Shown: one piece after another, positions 12,931 through 25,661 of the stretch | Numbering within the stretch: position 1 is the first letter of the stretch | How the letters are laid out: every line of letters starts with the position of its first letter | Assembly (NCBI GenBank): GCA_964234715.1 | Contig: OZ174278.1 | DNA: 64,000 bases | Direction: 5' to 3' (one strand) | Source of the DNA: Podarcis melisellensis | Lineage: Eukaryota | Notes under the pieces: model-generated | Database searches by the model: none | What the model was told of the DNA's origin: nothing | Seen by the model: only the letters and a program-made list of their open reading frames with translations | Translations under genes and position numbers: made by a program

Positions 12931-14751
12931 GGATGCTGGTAAACATCTGGATGGATGTATTAACTACAAACAGATGTGTGTGTTCATGCAAGCAGAAATC
13001 TCTTGCTGGATCAGGGAGTTAATGTCTGAAAGTCTGACAATTTTGTATTGCCATCAGTTCCCCCAGCAAAGCTGCTCTTCAGTTTTTAACATCTGTTCCA
13101 ATCTGGAGATGAATTGGTCACATCTATGCCATATGTTTAAAACGCACTTGTACCACTTTAAACAGTGGTTCTTCCCTCAAAGAATTCTGGGAACTGTAGT
13201 TTGTTAAGGGTGCTGGCCTTACAGAGAGCTACAGTTCCCGGCACCCTTAACAACCTACAGTTCCCAGGGTTCTCCATGGTTGTTTAAAAATGGTATAAGA
13301 GTGCATTAAATGTGTGGTGTGGACCAGAGCCAGATTATATGAAAGCTGAACAAAAATGACAATTAAGATTGTTGCCTGTGTGTCTGAGGTGAACTTGGAC
13401 TGCAGGGAGGAGGGTCAAGGCCTCTTCCCTGAAACCATTCCCATTTACAAGTGTCTGGAACAGACTTTGCTCCCAACCTGGTGAGACTATGAGAGGGAAA
13501 CTTCAGTCTCTCCTGTATAAAATGAGTGACTGACATTCACTCTACTGGAAAACGGGAAACAAGAGAGGTGATGTCTGACACTGGAGGATCCAAAAAGCAA
13601 ACACACTTTTTAAAAACAAGCATTTTTTGCTTGTCCTTCTCCCTCAATCTAGTCAGGCCCCAGGCCGTTTTCTGATGAGGAATCCTCTGGCTGAGATATG
13701 ACAAGCAACATCACTAACATTGTTTGCCTGTTGACATCTAAAAACTATATTGGGCAAACAGTTCAGAACTAAGCATTGGTTGGTGTTCAGGTGGCTGCCT
13801 GGAATTGGCTTTCTGCCTTGCTTCCACTTGGTAGGCCAGGTTAAGAGAAGCCAAGAATAAACTATAAAAACTTTCCAGTGGTTACTTTTCCCAAAATAAC
13901 TGATGCGGTGTAGGTTAGTGACCATGTGGGTGTCAAGGAAGAAAAGATAAGTCAAAGAAAACGTCATTGACTCGTTCTCTCGCTAGCTAGTATTGCCGCC
14001 TCTTTTTAATAGAAATTACATTTGCCAATGTCTTTTCTGCCATAATGCAAAGGAAAGTTAAAAGTGCTGCTAATATGGCATTAAAACTGACCTGAAGTAA
14101 AAATTAAGTTTCCAGCCAGCCAGGGGCATTGATGGAGTAGCCTGACCCTTGATGTTTAGCATCAGGTCCTGAATCTCCTATAGATTCCACCTTTTTTAAA
14201 AGACGAAGGCTCTTCTGTCTTCTGATTTACTTGGCTTTTGGGGCAGTTGCATGCACTGCTAAGGGGAGTGCTGGTCACTCCCCAACCACCTGTATCTTCA
14301 CAGTTAGGACCAGCAGGACATAGCTGAATTCCTATAGCTGAGTTCTCCAGCGCATGGTTGGAGAAGCAGCAACTCTAATTTTGTGCTTTGCCAACTCCTT
14401 GTAGCAGCCATGTTGTGTTATGCCATGTCCCAGTGGCACACATGTTGTGACTTGCATCCCTTCATTCTCTTGGGTGGAATCTAGACCCATATAAAAATAT
14501 ATTGAATTTACCATAGCTCACCATCACCATCTAGTGCCACATTTGTATGATGTACTGTACAACACACTTAAAACGTTTTATTTGCAGATGTATAGCTAAG
14601 TCCTAAGACTTCAAAATGTGCCCACTGGTCAAAAACAGCGGGCAACTCCTGCTATACATATGTTTGTTTGGAAGTGAGCGTTCGGAGGGTTACAAACGTA
14701 GGCTTTTATCTTTCAGTTACCCATAACTTGTCAGATAGTGCAAATAAATTA

Positions 14752-14918
14752 CCATACTTTTCCGTGTATAAGACTAGGTTTTTTTACTCTAATGTTAAAA
14801 AACGGGGGTCGTCTTATACATGGATAGTGCATGGAGGGGGGAACGTTCTTAAATTTGAGTCCTCCCAACTAGGGGGGCATCTTATACACGAGGGCGTGTT
14901 AAGCACGGAAAAATACGG
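14752..14918. mobile_element. Tc2-like MITE (short)
   Basis: TA|CCATACTTTTCCGTG ... CACGGAAAAATACGG|TA. Confidence 0.75.
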
Positions 14919-17291
14919 TACTTCTGGTGGAGTATCCTATCTGTATTCAGTAGGAAATAACTGTGTATCCCTTGCTACATGTAACTGATGGAAAATGTTG
15001 CATCGCCAAGAAGGGATAATGTACTTCCCAGTTTGAAAACAACACAGCTCTTCTGCTGCTTTGGTTTCAGTGGCTGGTAGAATACTTCTTGGCAAAACTA
15101 CCCCTTTCATTCATACTTAGGTCTTCAGCAAGGGAGACTGTGCTGCTGGATAGGGAGAAGATTCTGCACAAGCGGCGTCCTAATGCTGTCCACACATGAA
15201 TTGTTCAAGGTGTTGTCTTGCTTGACACTTAAAAACGAAACGAAGCCAGCTATGGAGATTGTCAGGATGGCCAGGTTTTGCGGAATGGCAAACTCCCTTA
15301 ATCTGTCTACTTCTGAGCATTAGAGAGAGGTGCATCATGCAGCCTTTGAATTAAGAAATACATATTTTTAAAGAGTCAATCGGTGACGGGGTATTTTTAT
15401 GAGATGAGGGGAAGCTTGGTGGTGTTTGTCATAACGCTTTCACTGTGTGTGAGAGAGAGAGAACAAGAGAGAGGGAGATTCTTGGATTGGAACGGCACAC
15501 TGTGGGAGTACTCGGTCTTTAATAAAGAAATAAAATAATAATGGCTTATATCTTGAGAACTCTGTTTTACGTGCGCAACTGGAATTCCCCTCTCTCCACG
15601 GTTTCTACTACATCTCCTCTTTCCTTCCCTCCAAAGCCACTCCTGGGAAGGTACCCTTCAGGACAGTGTGGGCTGCTCCATGGCTGAAGTGATGTGCTAG
15701 GCTGGGAGTGGAAGTGACCTCTCCCTTGGGTACAGTGCCTTCTGCTCGTCCAAGGGACATGAGGTCCAAGACAATATCCCTCCCATTTTATACAGCATTT
15801 CAAAAAAAGCAAGAGCTTAGAACATAGGAAGCTGCCTTAATACTGGGTCACACCATCAGTTTATCATCAGACTCAGTATTATCTACCTTCACTCCAGATA
15901 GGGGACATTCCCAGCCCTACATAGAGATGTTGGGGGTGGAATACAGAAGCCCTCTGCATGTAAAGCAGATGCTCTGTAGGCTCACCATTGAAAGAATAAC
16001 TGAAGAAGAGGAGTATATTTCAAAGGGGTAGAGGATTAAGGGACTATGGAGGAAACAGTCTTCGGGGGGGGGGGAGCAAGGTCTTCAGTTGCTAATTATT
16101 ATTACTATTATTAATTTTAATTTATTATTATAAAAATAATTCAACATTAATACATACATGTTACGAATATACAAACATACATTTCATACAATCCTTAAAA
16201 ATATTCATACATACCCACAAATACTTCATTTTCCCACCACCACCCCTCACCCCACCCTTGTGATGAACTTCCAATCTACTCAGTTGCAATTTCTTTCCAC
16301 TTCTATTACTTTCTTTCACACACTTTTAAACCAATTTTCTGCTTCTGTTTCTGTTACACAATGTGATGTGTAATGTGCTTCAGTTGCTAATTAAATCTAT
16401 AAAGATGAGGATGCCCATATGCTGAGAGGCAGGCGAGGCCATAGGAATGGAGTGGAAAGTGTGAAAGGATGGAGCCAGAAGGGAGAGAAAATCTTCCTTT
16501 AATCACTTGCAGTCCATTTGCATTTTGCCCATAAAACGCCCTTCCTGTGAGTGAGGAGTAATGCTTCAGTATCTTTGCCATGTGCATCAGTCCAAATGCA
16601 TGCACCATTTCCAGGCTATGCAGCGCTGGCAATGCCAAATATATTACATTAATATGTGAAACTCCTTTTGAAAGTGTAACCATTTTTTCTTGCTGTTCCC
16701 CACCCCCATGCAGTCGGAGTTTCTTACCCTCTTTTGTGCATCACTGTGAGGCTGCCTTTTCTAATTTCCTTCCTCTTTATAACTGTTACTCACTATCTTT
16801 TCCGCTAAATCTCCACCTCTTCTGTCCCCTGGTGATGATTACTTGTCAGCTCTTATTCCCGTATCATGCAACGTGGTGCCCCAAAGTGATCTGCAGAGCC
16901 GACCCAAGTCATTTTGCTGCCTGAGGCTAAGGGTAGAATGGCAACCTCCCTTGCCCCATTCCGTATACAGATATTGACTGGGCTTATGGTTATATCTTTC
17001 TTCAGCACTGATAATAGGATATCATTCACTGGTGCACCTGAGGGGCAGCAGGCTAGCTTCGGAGGCAAGCGCAATGTAAGTTGTGTGGACCCACACAGCA
17101 ATATCCTTCAGCTGATGATCATGGCTGGTCCTCAAGAGGAACGGCCACAGGACTGACATGACCCGTCGTTATCTACTGCCTGAGACAGTTGCCTCATTTT
17201 GCCCAATGGTTGTGTTGTCCTTGGTGGTCTGTAGGGATTGTGAGGTAGTGTGGAAATGAAGTTTTGTAATAAAAAAGTATAAAATAAAAAA

Positions 17292-17620
17292 GGGACGCGG
17301 GTGGCGCTGTGGGTTAAACCACAGAGCCTAGGACTTGCCGATCAGAAGGTCGGCTGTTCAAATCCCTGCAACAGGGTGAGCTCCCGTTGCTCGGTCCCTG
17401 CTCCTGCCAACCTAGCAGTTCGAAAGCACGTCAAAGTGCAGGTAGATAAATAGGTACCGCTCTGGCTGGAAGGTAACCAGAAGCGGCTTAGTCATGCTGG
17501 CCACATGACCCAGAAACTGTACGCCAGCTCCCTCGGCCAATAAAGCGAGATGAGCGCCGCAGCCCCAGAGTCGGTCATGACTGGACCTAATGGTTAGGGG
17601 TCCCTTTACCTTTACCTTTA
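17292..17620 (+). mobile_element. Sauria SINE with internal deletion
   Basis: Near-identical to 5381-5735. Confidence 0.92.
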
Positions 17621-20600
17621 ATAAAAAAAGTAAGGGTGTGGTGTTTAGGCCATTGCTTCTAGAAAGGTTGCTCCAGAATGCCCTAGAACCATGTGGTCAT
17701 ATCTCCAAAGTTCAGGTGCGCCTTTATGAGCAGATGCTCTGTTGGTTTTAAACTAGGTTAGTGAGCAAGTCGTTCTGAATTTCCTTTTGGTTTCAAGAAT
17801 GCATTGGTTTCCTTTTTAATCATAACCACAACTGCTTCTTGATGCATTTTTTCCACCAGTGTGCCTTCTCCTTGGGGCACCTTCCTTTGAACTTCCTGAA
17901 AATCAAACTGGTTTCTAAAAACTGCCTTCTAAAAGAAGAACGTTTGTGTGGTTGGTAGTATAAAGGTGGCATTTAGATACACGTCTCCTATATTTTCCCC
18001 TATGTGGTTTCCAAATGAAATTATGTATAGTCTGTTATGGGTGGAAACTAGCAGGTTAGTTTCCTGCTGGGCTGGGAACAAAAAATAGTGTTCTTGAGTC
18101 CGTGGCTGGGGGGGAAAACCTTATATTGAAAGGCTTGACCTTTCTGAATTACCCATTGCACATGGGGTGTGACGCGTGTGTGTTGAGGAGTTTTATGTTG
18201 CAAGGGCTGTTGTAGCAATAAGGAGCACTTCTGGATGCTAACTGCACAGCCACTCAGTGTATCCTTCTTTCCATGGGATCCCTGTCAGTGATGGCCACAA
18301 GAAAGAATGAAAAGAGAAGGTTTTGTCTCCCAAGTGCAGTGCTTTACTCTTCTCTGTCTTGGAGTGAATGACAGCCCTTCATTCACACAGGAGGAACCAC
18401 AATGGCTGGCTAAGGAGTATCATTGAAACATTTTTTCAGAGAGATCCTGCTGTTGATAACTGGGTGAATGCCTTCCTCCCTAGCCTAACAACAACAACAA
18501 CAACAACTTTTCTTTATACCCCGCCCTCCCTGGCCAGAGCCCGGCTCAGGGCGGCTAACACCAGTAAAATTACAGTAAAAACATAATAGGAGTATTATGA
18601 GTATGGCAGCGGAGAAGAGAATATGTATAGATCACATGGAGCAAAACTTTCTGCCCCGTGCAAAAACTTTGCTACAGGTGTTTTTTTTTTTGCCAACTGT
18701 TAGGGTTTCATATCTTACCAACTGCTTTATCTTACCATCCATGAGGGTGCTGGCTCTGCCTGTCATTGGCTCTGGCTCCAGTGACTGCTGGTCTCCCTGT
18801 TTTCTGCCCCACCGGTTTCAATGGGTACCAGCCTCCACTGTGATTTTCTTTCGAAATTGTGTAAGGAGATGGGTGGATGGTATCACTCAGGGCTAGGTGT
18901 CCAGGGGTCAGCTTGGTTAGGCTCCTGATGTCAAGAGCTCCCTTGATCTACTCCTGCTCTTCTGCAGTGACACCTGCTTGCTTACCTGCCCTTTTACAGC
19001 AGTAGCCCCCCTGTTTTCTGGCCAGTTCTCCTTCTGGTAGGTGGACAAATGGTAGCAGCAGTGAGGAGCAGCTTTAGTTGGCAACAGTGGCAATGAGGAG
19101 AAAGAGATCTCCTCTGGGAGACTAGACTTTACACTGTGTGTGTGTGTGTGTGTGTTTTGTCCAAGATTCCCCCCCCCCCCCATAAAGCACCACAAAGCAT
19201 CCTGGAGCCAGTAGCAGTCTTGCTTTAGACTGCAGGTGGTTGTGTGTGTGTGATTCCTCTACTCTTCCCACATGAAGTTCCTGCAAGTAGACACTTGCCC
19301 ATAGCCTAATTCATCTGTGGTGCTATGTGCTACTTGCAGGGAGTCTTTTGGTTTTTACATGGAAAGCATTCAAAATATGTGATCCCCACCTGCAAACTGA
19401 AATGGATGCAATCCATTCTGCCACTGGAGCACTTTCCAGTCTCATTCTGCGGTGTGTCTAGATCTGGCCTAATGCACCTGTCCAATGATAATGGCAAGAA
19501 ACTTGGGAGACGTTTGTTGACATACTGAAAGTGGATTTCTGTGGAAGCAGTCCTGCTCTAAGCGACAGTGCTTTTATTAAGGTTGGGTAACCCAGTAATT
19601 GCCCAGCCAATGTAACCTAGTTTTAAAGCTATTCCTACACACACTTTGTTACAAGGCTTTTGAAGGCACAAGTGAAATGGAGGGCCATCTAGGAATGATA
19701 AATGTTATACAAATATGTGGTTTGTGTGTTTCCTGAATGTTGCATGGAATCCTGCTCAGCCTTTAGAACCAGAGAAGGAAGAGTAAAGGACAGGTTATAA
19801 TCAGGAGATGAGTTCATCTTCATTTTGAAGAAAGTGGTAAGAATTTAGGGAAGGAGAAGAGGAGGTGTTTTTAAATATATATATATATCCTGGAATATAG
19901 TTAACTAAGGGAGGTATAACATACCTTTTGTTGAGGGTTGCACTTTTCCTTTTGAAACACTAGAATTTAGGGCATTTGGTGAAACTGGCTGGCCAAGGAT
20001 TTGGGGTCAACAGCAAAAATAAAGCAACCATGAAATGAATTGTTAACTTACGGAATTAATTACAACATGGTGCACTAGTGCAGTGATGCTTGCTTAGGTG
20101 GCTTACATAAGATTTAGTGAAGTCATGAAGAACAGACCTGCCCATCAGCTGCTAGTTATGAACGCTAGAGGAAACAACCTCCATGTCTAATGTCAACAGC
20201 ATGTCCTGGGTATTCTTGGAAACAGGAGCTATGGTGGTTTGTTTTGTCAAAACTTTCTATCCCTCTTTGCCACACTAAGCCAGTTGTCTCTGTCCTGCCC
20301 TGATTATGAATTCCCAAGGATATCTGAACTAGATGGAATTTGGGCATGGTCTCCTAAATGTAGTTTCTGTTACAGGAAGTTCCCACAGCTTTTTAAAAAC
20401 TGGTTTTAAATAATTCAGCCAAGGGTTTTTTATATATTTCCAGCATGACTATTCCCGCATTGATTTTGTGTTGGAAACTTGTTCTATGGCTTAATCTCAA
20501 CGCTGCACGGTTATGCCTGGTGGTATCTCCTCTGTGTCAAAAATCTGCATCCTTATGCATAGTTGCATTTACTGAAGGCTGAATGAAATCATAGGATTTA

Positions 20601-20953
20601 AACCCAGGGAACCAACCCATATGGTATCTGATAATGCCATTGCGTGGAACTGGGTTTCGCTTGTCAGCTTTTCTTCTTTTGACCTGGCCTAGTTTGTGTG
20701 GCGGTGTGGTTTTTTTGCGTGTATAATCTCCCAAATGATCTGAAGTCAATTTTGACTGTCAAACTTTATTAATATTCTTAATCGTGGTCTTTTTTTGTTT
20801 TGTTTTTTTGCCTGACATCATTTTCCCTTTTAAGCAAGATATAAAGCACTCCTGGGTTCTTCAAAATGGGGACATGCACAGAGTCCTGTTGAGGTAATTG
20901 GGACTGACATACAGATAGATGTTTCTATGGGTGGAATTCTCAGCTGTAACTAG

Positions 20954-20954
<1 letters not shown>

Positions 20955-20987
<33 letters not shown>
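20955..20987. repeat. (TG)n microsatellite
   Basis: Direct reading. Confidence 0.97.
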
Positions 20988-20989
<2 letters not shown>

Positions 20990-21014
20990 GGAAATTCTGA
21001 CCCAAACATAATTA

Positions 21015-22975
21015 CAGTGGTACCTCAGGTTAAGTACTTAATTCGTTCCGGAGGTCCGTACTTAACCTGAAACTGTTCTTAACCTGAAGCACCACTTTAG
21101 CCTATGGGAGCTCCTGCTGCTGCTGCGCCGCTGTTCTCATCTGTTCTCATCCTGAAGCAAAGTTCTTAATCTGAAGCACTAATTCTGGGTTAGCAGAGTC
21201 TGTAACCTGAAGCATATGTAATCTGCTTTTTGAATAATTTTTATTAAGTTTTCCAAATTAAAACAAATAAAATCCAATTCATAAACTTTTTCCAATATCC
21301 AGGACTTCCCCTCCCCACCCCCTCTTGTGTTCCAAATCTTCCAAAAAAGCAATGATATTCAACAAATTCTTATTCCCAAAATACACTCATCATCAATAAC
21401 TCAATTTATCCAAATTTCCATCCCCTAAGGTCGACCTATTCCCTTCCACGAGTTCCCCCCTTTCAGATATAATACAGATGAAAATAGAATAAAAACAAAC
21501 AATAATTTTACAACCTTTGGATTCCAAATTTCCCTCCCCTCTTTCCCTGTTGCGTTCCCCCTATCCCTCCACTTCTAGTGTCTTCCTGATGAACCCACCT
21601 TTCACTAAACCCACCTAAACCCACATCCCTCTGGTTCTTTACCGGTCTTTTTTTTTTTTTAAATGGCATATATTAAACTTCTGGCATTTTTAAAATTACA
21701 GATGTCCAATCATAGAAGGAGTCTATCAAAGGGGGCCCATTTCTTCTATCCAGATTTTTATATCCAGGAGTATAAACTCCAATTTTATATCCATAAGCTT
21801 GTCAAATCTGGATATCCCAAATGTTCCCACATTCTGTCCAGTTCTTGTTGTTTCCTTGTTCTTGTCAATCACTCTCCTCCTTTTTACTTCCCTGTTCCCT
21901 CACAGAAATGTTCTTTTTCCAAAAGCTTCTAGTGTCTCTACAGAGGCTTGTTATTCAGGAGCAAAACATTACATCATGTTCCTTTCATTTTTCAACAGAT
22001 TAATCCATTGTTTCCAGTAAAGTGTAGGCCTCTGTAGACAAAATAATGTTCCATTTCTGCAGTTTCCCAGGAGATTAAAAGTTCTATCCAACTGTTCAAG
22101 TTTCCCGTCGAAAACACATGCAATGTCCCTCAGCTCCTCTAGGTGGATTACAATAACAAAGTTCCCTTCCAGATCACATCCGCCAGTCCAAATAACTTAT
22201 AAATCCTTATTTGAAACAATTTATCTCCAATTTATAACAAATGTAGCCGGCAAAGTCCTCATAACAAAATCTCAATTTCATTCTTCCGTTTTGACAGCTC
22301 TTTGACAGCTGTCAAAACCTCCGTTGTTCTTCTCCAGGCATTTTCACGAATCGCTCCAGGGATTCCGGGGGGGTTACTTTTTAATACAAATTCCACTTTT
22401 CTCCTCCAGCTCAATCTTATAAATTTCCCTCGCGAAGTTGCTAGTTCGGCAAGATAAGGTTCTTCTCGATCTTAGTTATCCAGTCCTTTGTTTTGGCTCT
22501 TCTACAATTCGGGGGGGGGGCTGACTTCCTTTTTTCCACCTCCCCCGTTCGCTCCAAATTCTAAAAATTTATCCCTCTTTTTAGTCCATATTCCAATTAC
22601 TCACGGGTTCTTCTTTTGGGTCCAAATTTTCAATAGAAGAAGTCAGCGCTCTCCGCCGGATGGCATGCGGCTGCGCTCGGCAGGGATAGCAGAGGACTCA
22701 AAGCACCACGCTCCTCCCCGGCACCCGATCCGTAGCCTTTAAAAAGGCTCCTTCACGAATCGAGAGGGCGCTGACGGTGCCAGCCGAGTCTCCATGTCCA
22801 CGGCCTCCGTGGCCGTGGTTTTTAAGGGTCCCCGCATCGCCGGTGCGGTAGGACCCAGCCCCTGCCGAGCAGGCTCCCTCCGGAGCTCGGAGGGAGCCCG
22901 CCATTCGGCGATGGCGCCGACCCGGAAGTCTGAAGCATATGTAATCTGAAGCGTATGTAACCCGAGGTACCACTG
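21015..22975. mobile_element. Tigger-like MITE (same family as 2300-2495) split by a retroelement
   Basis: TA|CAGTGGTACCTCAGGTTA ... TAACCCGAGGTACCACTG|TA; halves at 21015-21225 and 22930-22975. Confidence 0.85.
21226..22929 (-). mobile_element. 1.7-kb L1-like non-autonomous retroelement retaining both 5' and 3' ends
   Basis: 19-bp TSD ctgaagcatatgtaatctg (21207-21225, 22930-22948); - strand starts ACTTCCGGG...ATGGCG in a CpG-rich 5' region and ends with AATAAA plus an A-rich tail. Confidence 0.75.
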
Positions 22976-25661
22976 TACTTCATTATGATAATTTAAGTCA
23001 TAACTTCCTGATTGTCTGCAAAAGAAAAACTAAAGAAAAACTCTTTTATTTGCAAACATGCTTGTATTATTTCCACCAGTTATGCCTTGGTAGTTTACAC
23101 TGGTTATTTAATTTCTATACAACTTTATATTTAAAAAATCTCTAAGCAGTGTACAAAAAACTGAAGCAGCAACAGACAACTTAAACAAAAAATTACCAAA
23201 AAAACCCACAGCTACATATAAAAATGTTACAGTAATACAAAGTTATATATGTATCAGATCATTTTCCTTCTGACACACCCTCACTCTCAGCCTCCTGGTT
23301 TCTCACCAGGCAGGGTCCAAACAAACACTCAGCTCACTCACAAAAGTCTCACAACAAGAAGAGTGCCTGGAAACAGCAGACATCGTGCTTAGTCTCTAGA
23401 CTTGCTTTTTATGGGCAGGCCCAAGGTGGGTGGTACATCCTCAGGCTGCCCACAACAATGTCCCATTCGGCTGCTCTCTCCACACCCAGTTCCCAGTCCA
23501 GTAGGCTTGTTGGGTTTCCCAGGAGGTCCAGAGGATGGGAAGAGGGACCCCCTCCACTCACAGCTCTTTCTTCACTCCCTGTCCTTTCCTCCACCTCCAG
23601 CTGCTTTCCATATTGCATCATATTTTTAAAATTTTGTACTGCACAGATTTGTTCATGCTTTGTCATGCAGACATACCTTCCAGCTGCCCTAGGTCACCTG
23701 AGATTGTCCCAAATGTCTATTGATAATCAATCTGGCACGTTTTCCCATGCGACTCCGCTCCTTTTCTCAGAAGCTCCTTTGCCTTTTCTAATCGTAGCAG
23801 GGGGGTTGCATGGCGAGGAAAGACTGTGCAGGATTAATAGCAAGGTGAAGGCTGGGGAGAAATTAATAATAAGGATCAGAGGACTTCTAAACATGTACGG
23901 AGTTCCTGTCCTTGAAGGCAAACAGAAAACAAAACACCTGGGTACTGCTTATGGAATTGTGATAATAGATTAGGAAATTGCTTTCTGAGAAAACATGGTG
24001 TACAAATTTTGTTTCCCAGTTGGGGCATAGGTGGTTGAGGTGAGGAAGATTAGCAAAGCGTTGGAGTTTTTTCTTTCAGTGTGGTAGAGGACTTGACTTG
24101 CTCAATTGAGCCATCTGGTCTGTCTTAGTGACTCACTTGGTTTAGCAATCTTTGCAGAAAGTATTTCATTCAGTCCCATTTTCGGCTTGTGACATGTTAT
24201 CCTCTGGAATTGTGGGACCCATCCCTTACTTCTCCCCATGAATGTCACTGTTTTCATCTGTCAAATGCTGTAGGACAAGTGAAAACACGCAACGTAATGG
24301 ACACATCCAGTTCTGGTGCCATTTTAAACAGTTGCGGTTTCTCCCAAAGAATCCAGGGAACTGGGATTTAGTTGAGGGTGCCGAGAGTTTTTAGGAGACT
24401 CCTCAGAGAACAATGTTCCCTATCATTATTTGATTATTCTCTATAATATTACACAGTGTTGCCAAAAGTCTTGGTGTGGCCCTACAACTCCCATCGACCC
24501 CAGCAAGTATGGCCAGTAGAGTTCAGGGATGATGAGATGAGAACTGTAGTCGCAACAATATTTGGAAGGCAACAGGTTCCCCACTTCTGGTGTAGACAAA
24601 GGTTGATAGACCCTAGTTCTAGCAGTAGAATGTAAGAAGAACCACCTCATTGGATCTGGCCAGTTGCCCACCCGGTCTACCATCCTGTTCTCACAGTGAC
24701 CAACCAAATGCCTCTGCAGTAGCCAAAGCAGGATATAAGAGCAACAGTACTTATCCCCACTTGTGGTCCCCAGTAACTGGAATACAGGGGTGTGCTATCT
24801 CCAAAATCATGATTGGTATGATCTGCTACAAAAAACCCCACCTATTTGGGCATTTTGCTTAATGCGGGAGCAGGGATGTGCAGAGTGGATGCCCCCTGCC
24901 CAACCTTCATGGAAGGAGCATGGCAGTCTGTAATGAGAGAGACCCCACACAGAGTCTTTACTGAAGCCTCTGTTACTACAGATGGTTTCGCTCTGTGTGT
25001 GAAGGCATATCCCTACTCATGTGTTCGTCAACACGGTGTGTAAGAAGGCCCAAACAAGGGCTAAAATGGACAGTCAGTACGTTTATCACAGCTTTGCAAG
25101 AACGTTTCATTTGGTGAATGCAGGATAGCCTAGTTTAACAGAAAAGCATTTCAATACAGCATTGAATGGACAGAATTGAGGGCCTCAAACAGCTACAGCA
25201 TTGTTCAACAGTATATAGGATTGTAATTGTTTAAGGTACGACAATAGCATGTCATTGACTTTGAATTAATTGGCTCCTAAGCTCGTCTTTCACTTTTGTG
25301 TAGGCTTACAATGGCCCAGTTCAAACATCGCAGCAAAACCAATTTTGCAATTGCATAAAAAATAAAAATTAATGAGCGATTGTTCTGGCTGCAGAGAGGG
25401 AACTAGTAATTAGAGCCCCCACCCCATTGCTGCCATCGCTCTGGGGAACAGGGTCAGTTCAAGGATTTGTGGTGAGTGAACAGGAAGAATCTAATTAGCA
25501 ACTTTAAAGGAGCAAAGAGGAAGCTGCTGTCTAAGAGAAGGAAGAAGCAGGACCTTTAGAACAGAAGTTAGAATTGGGTCTTGCCAATGTGAGGTGGACA
25601 TTGTTGGATATTTATGAGGAAAATAAGGCTATATTAAATACTGTGTGGAGCCACCAATTTA

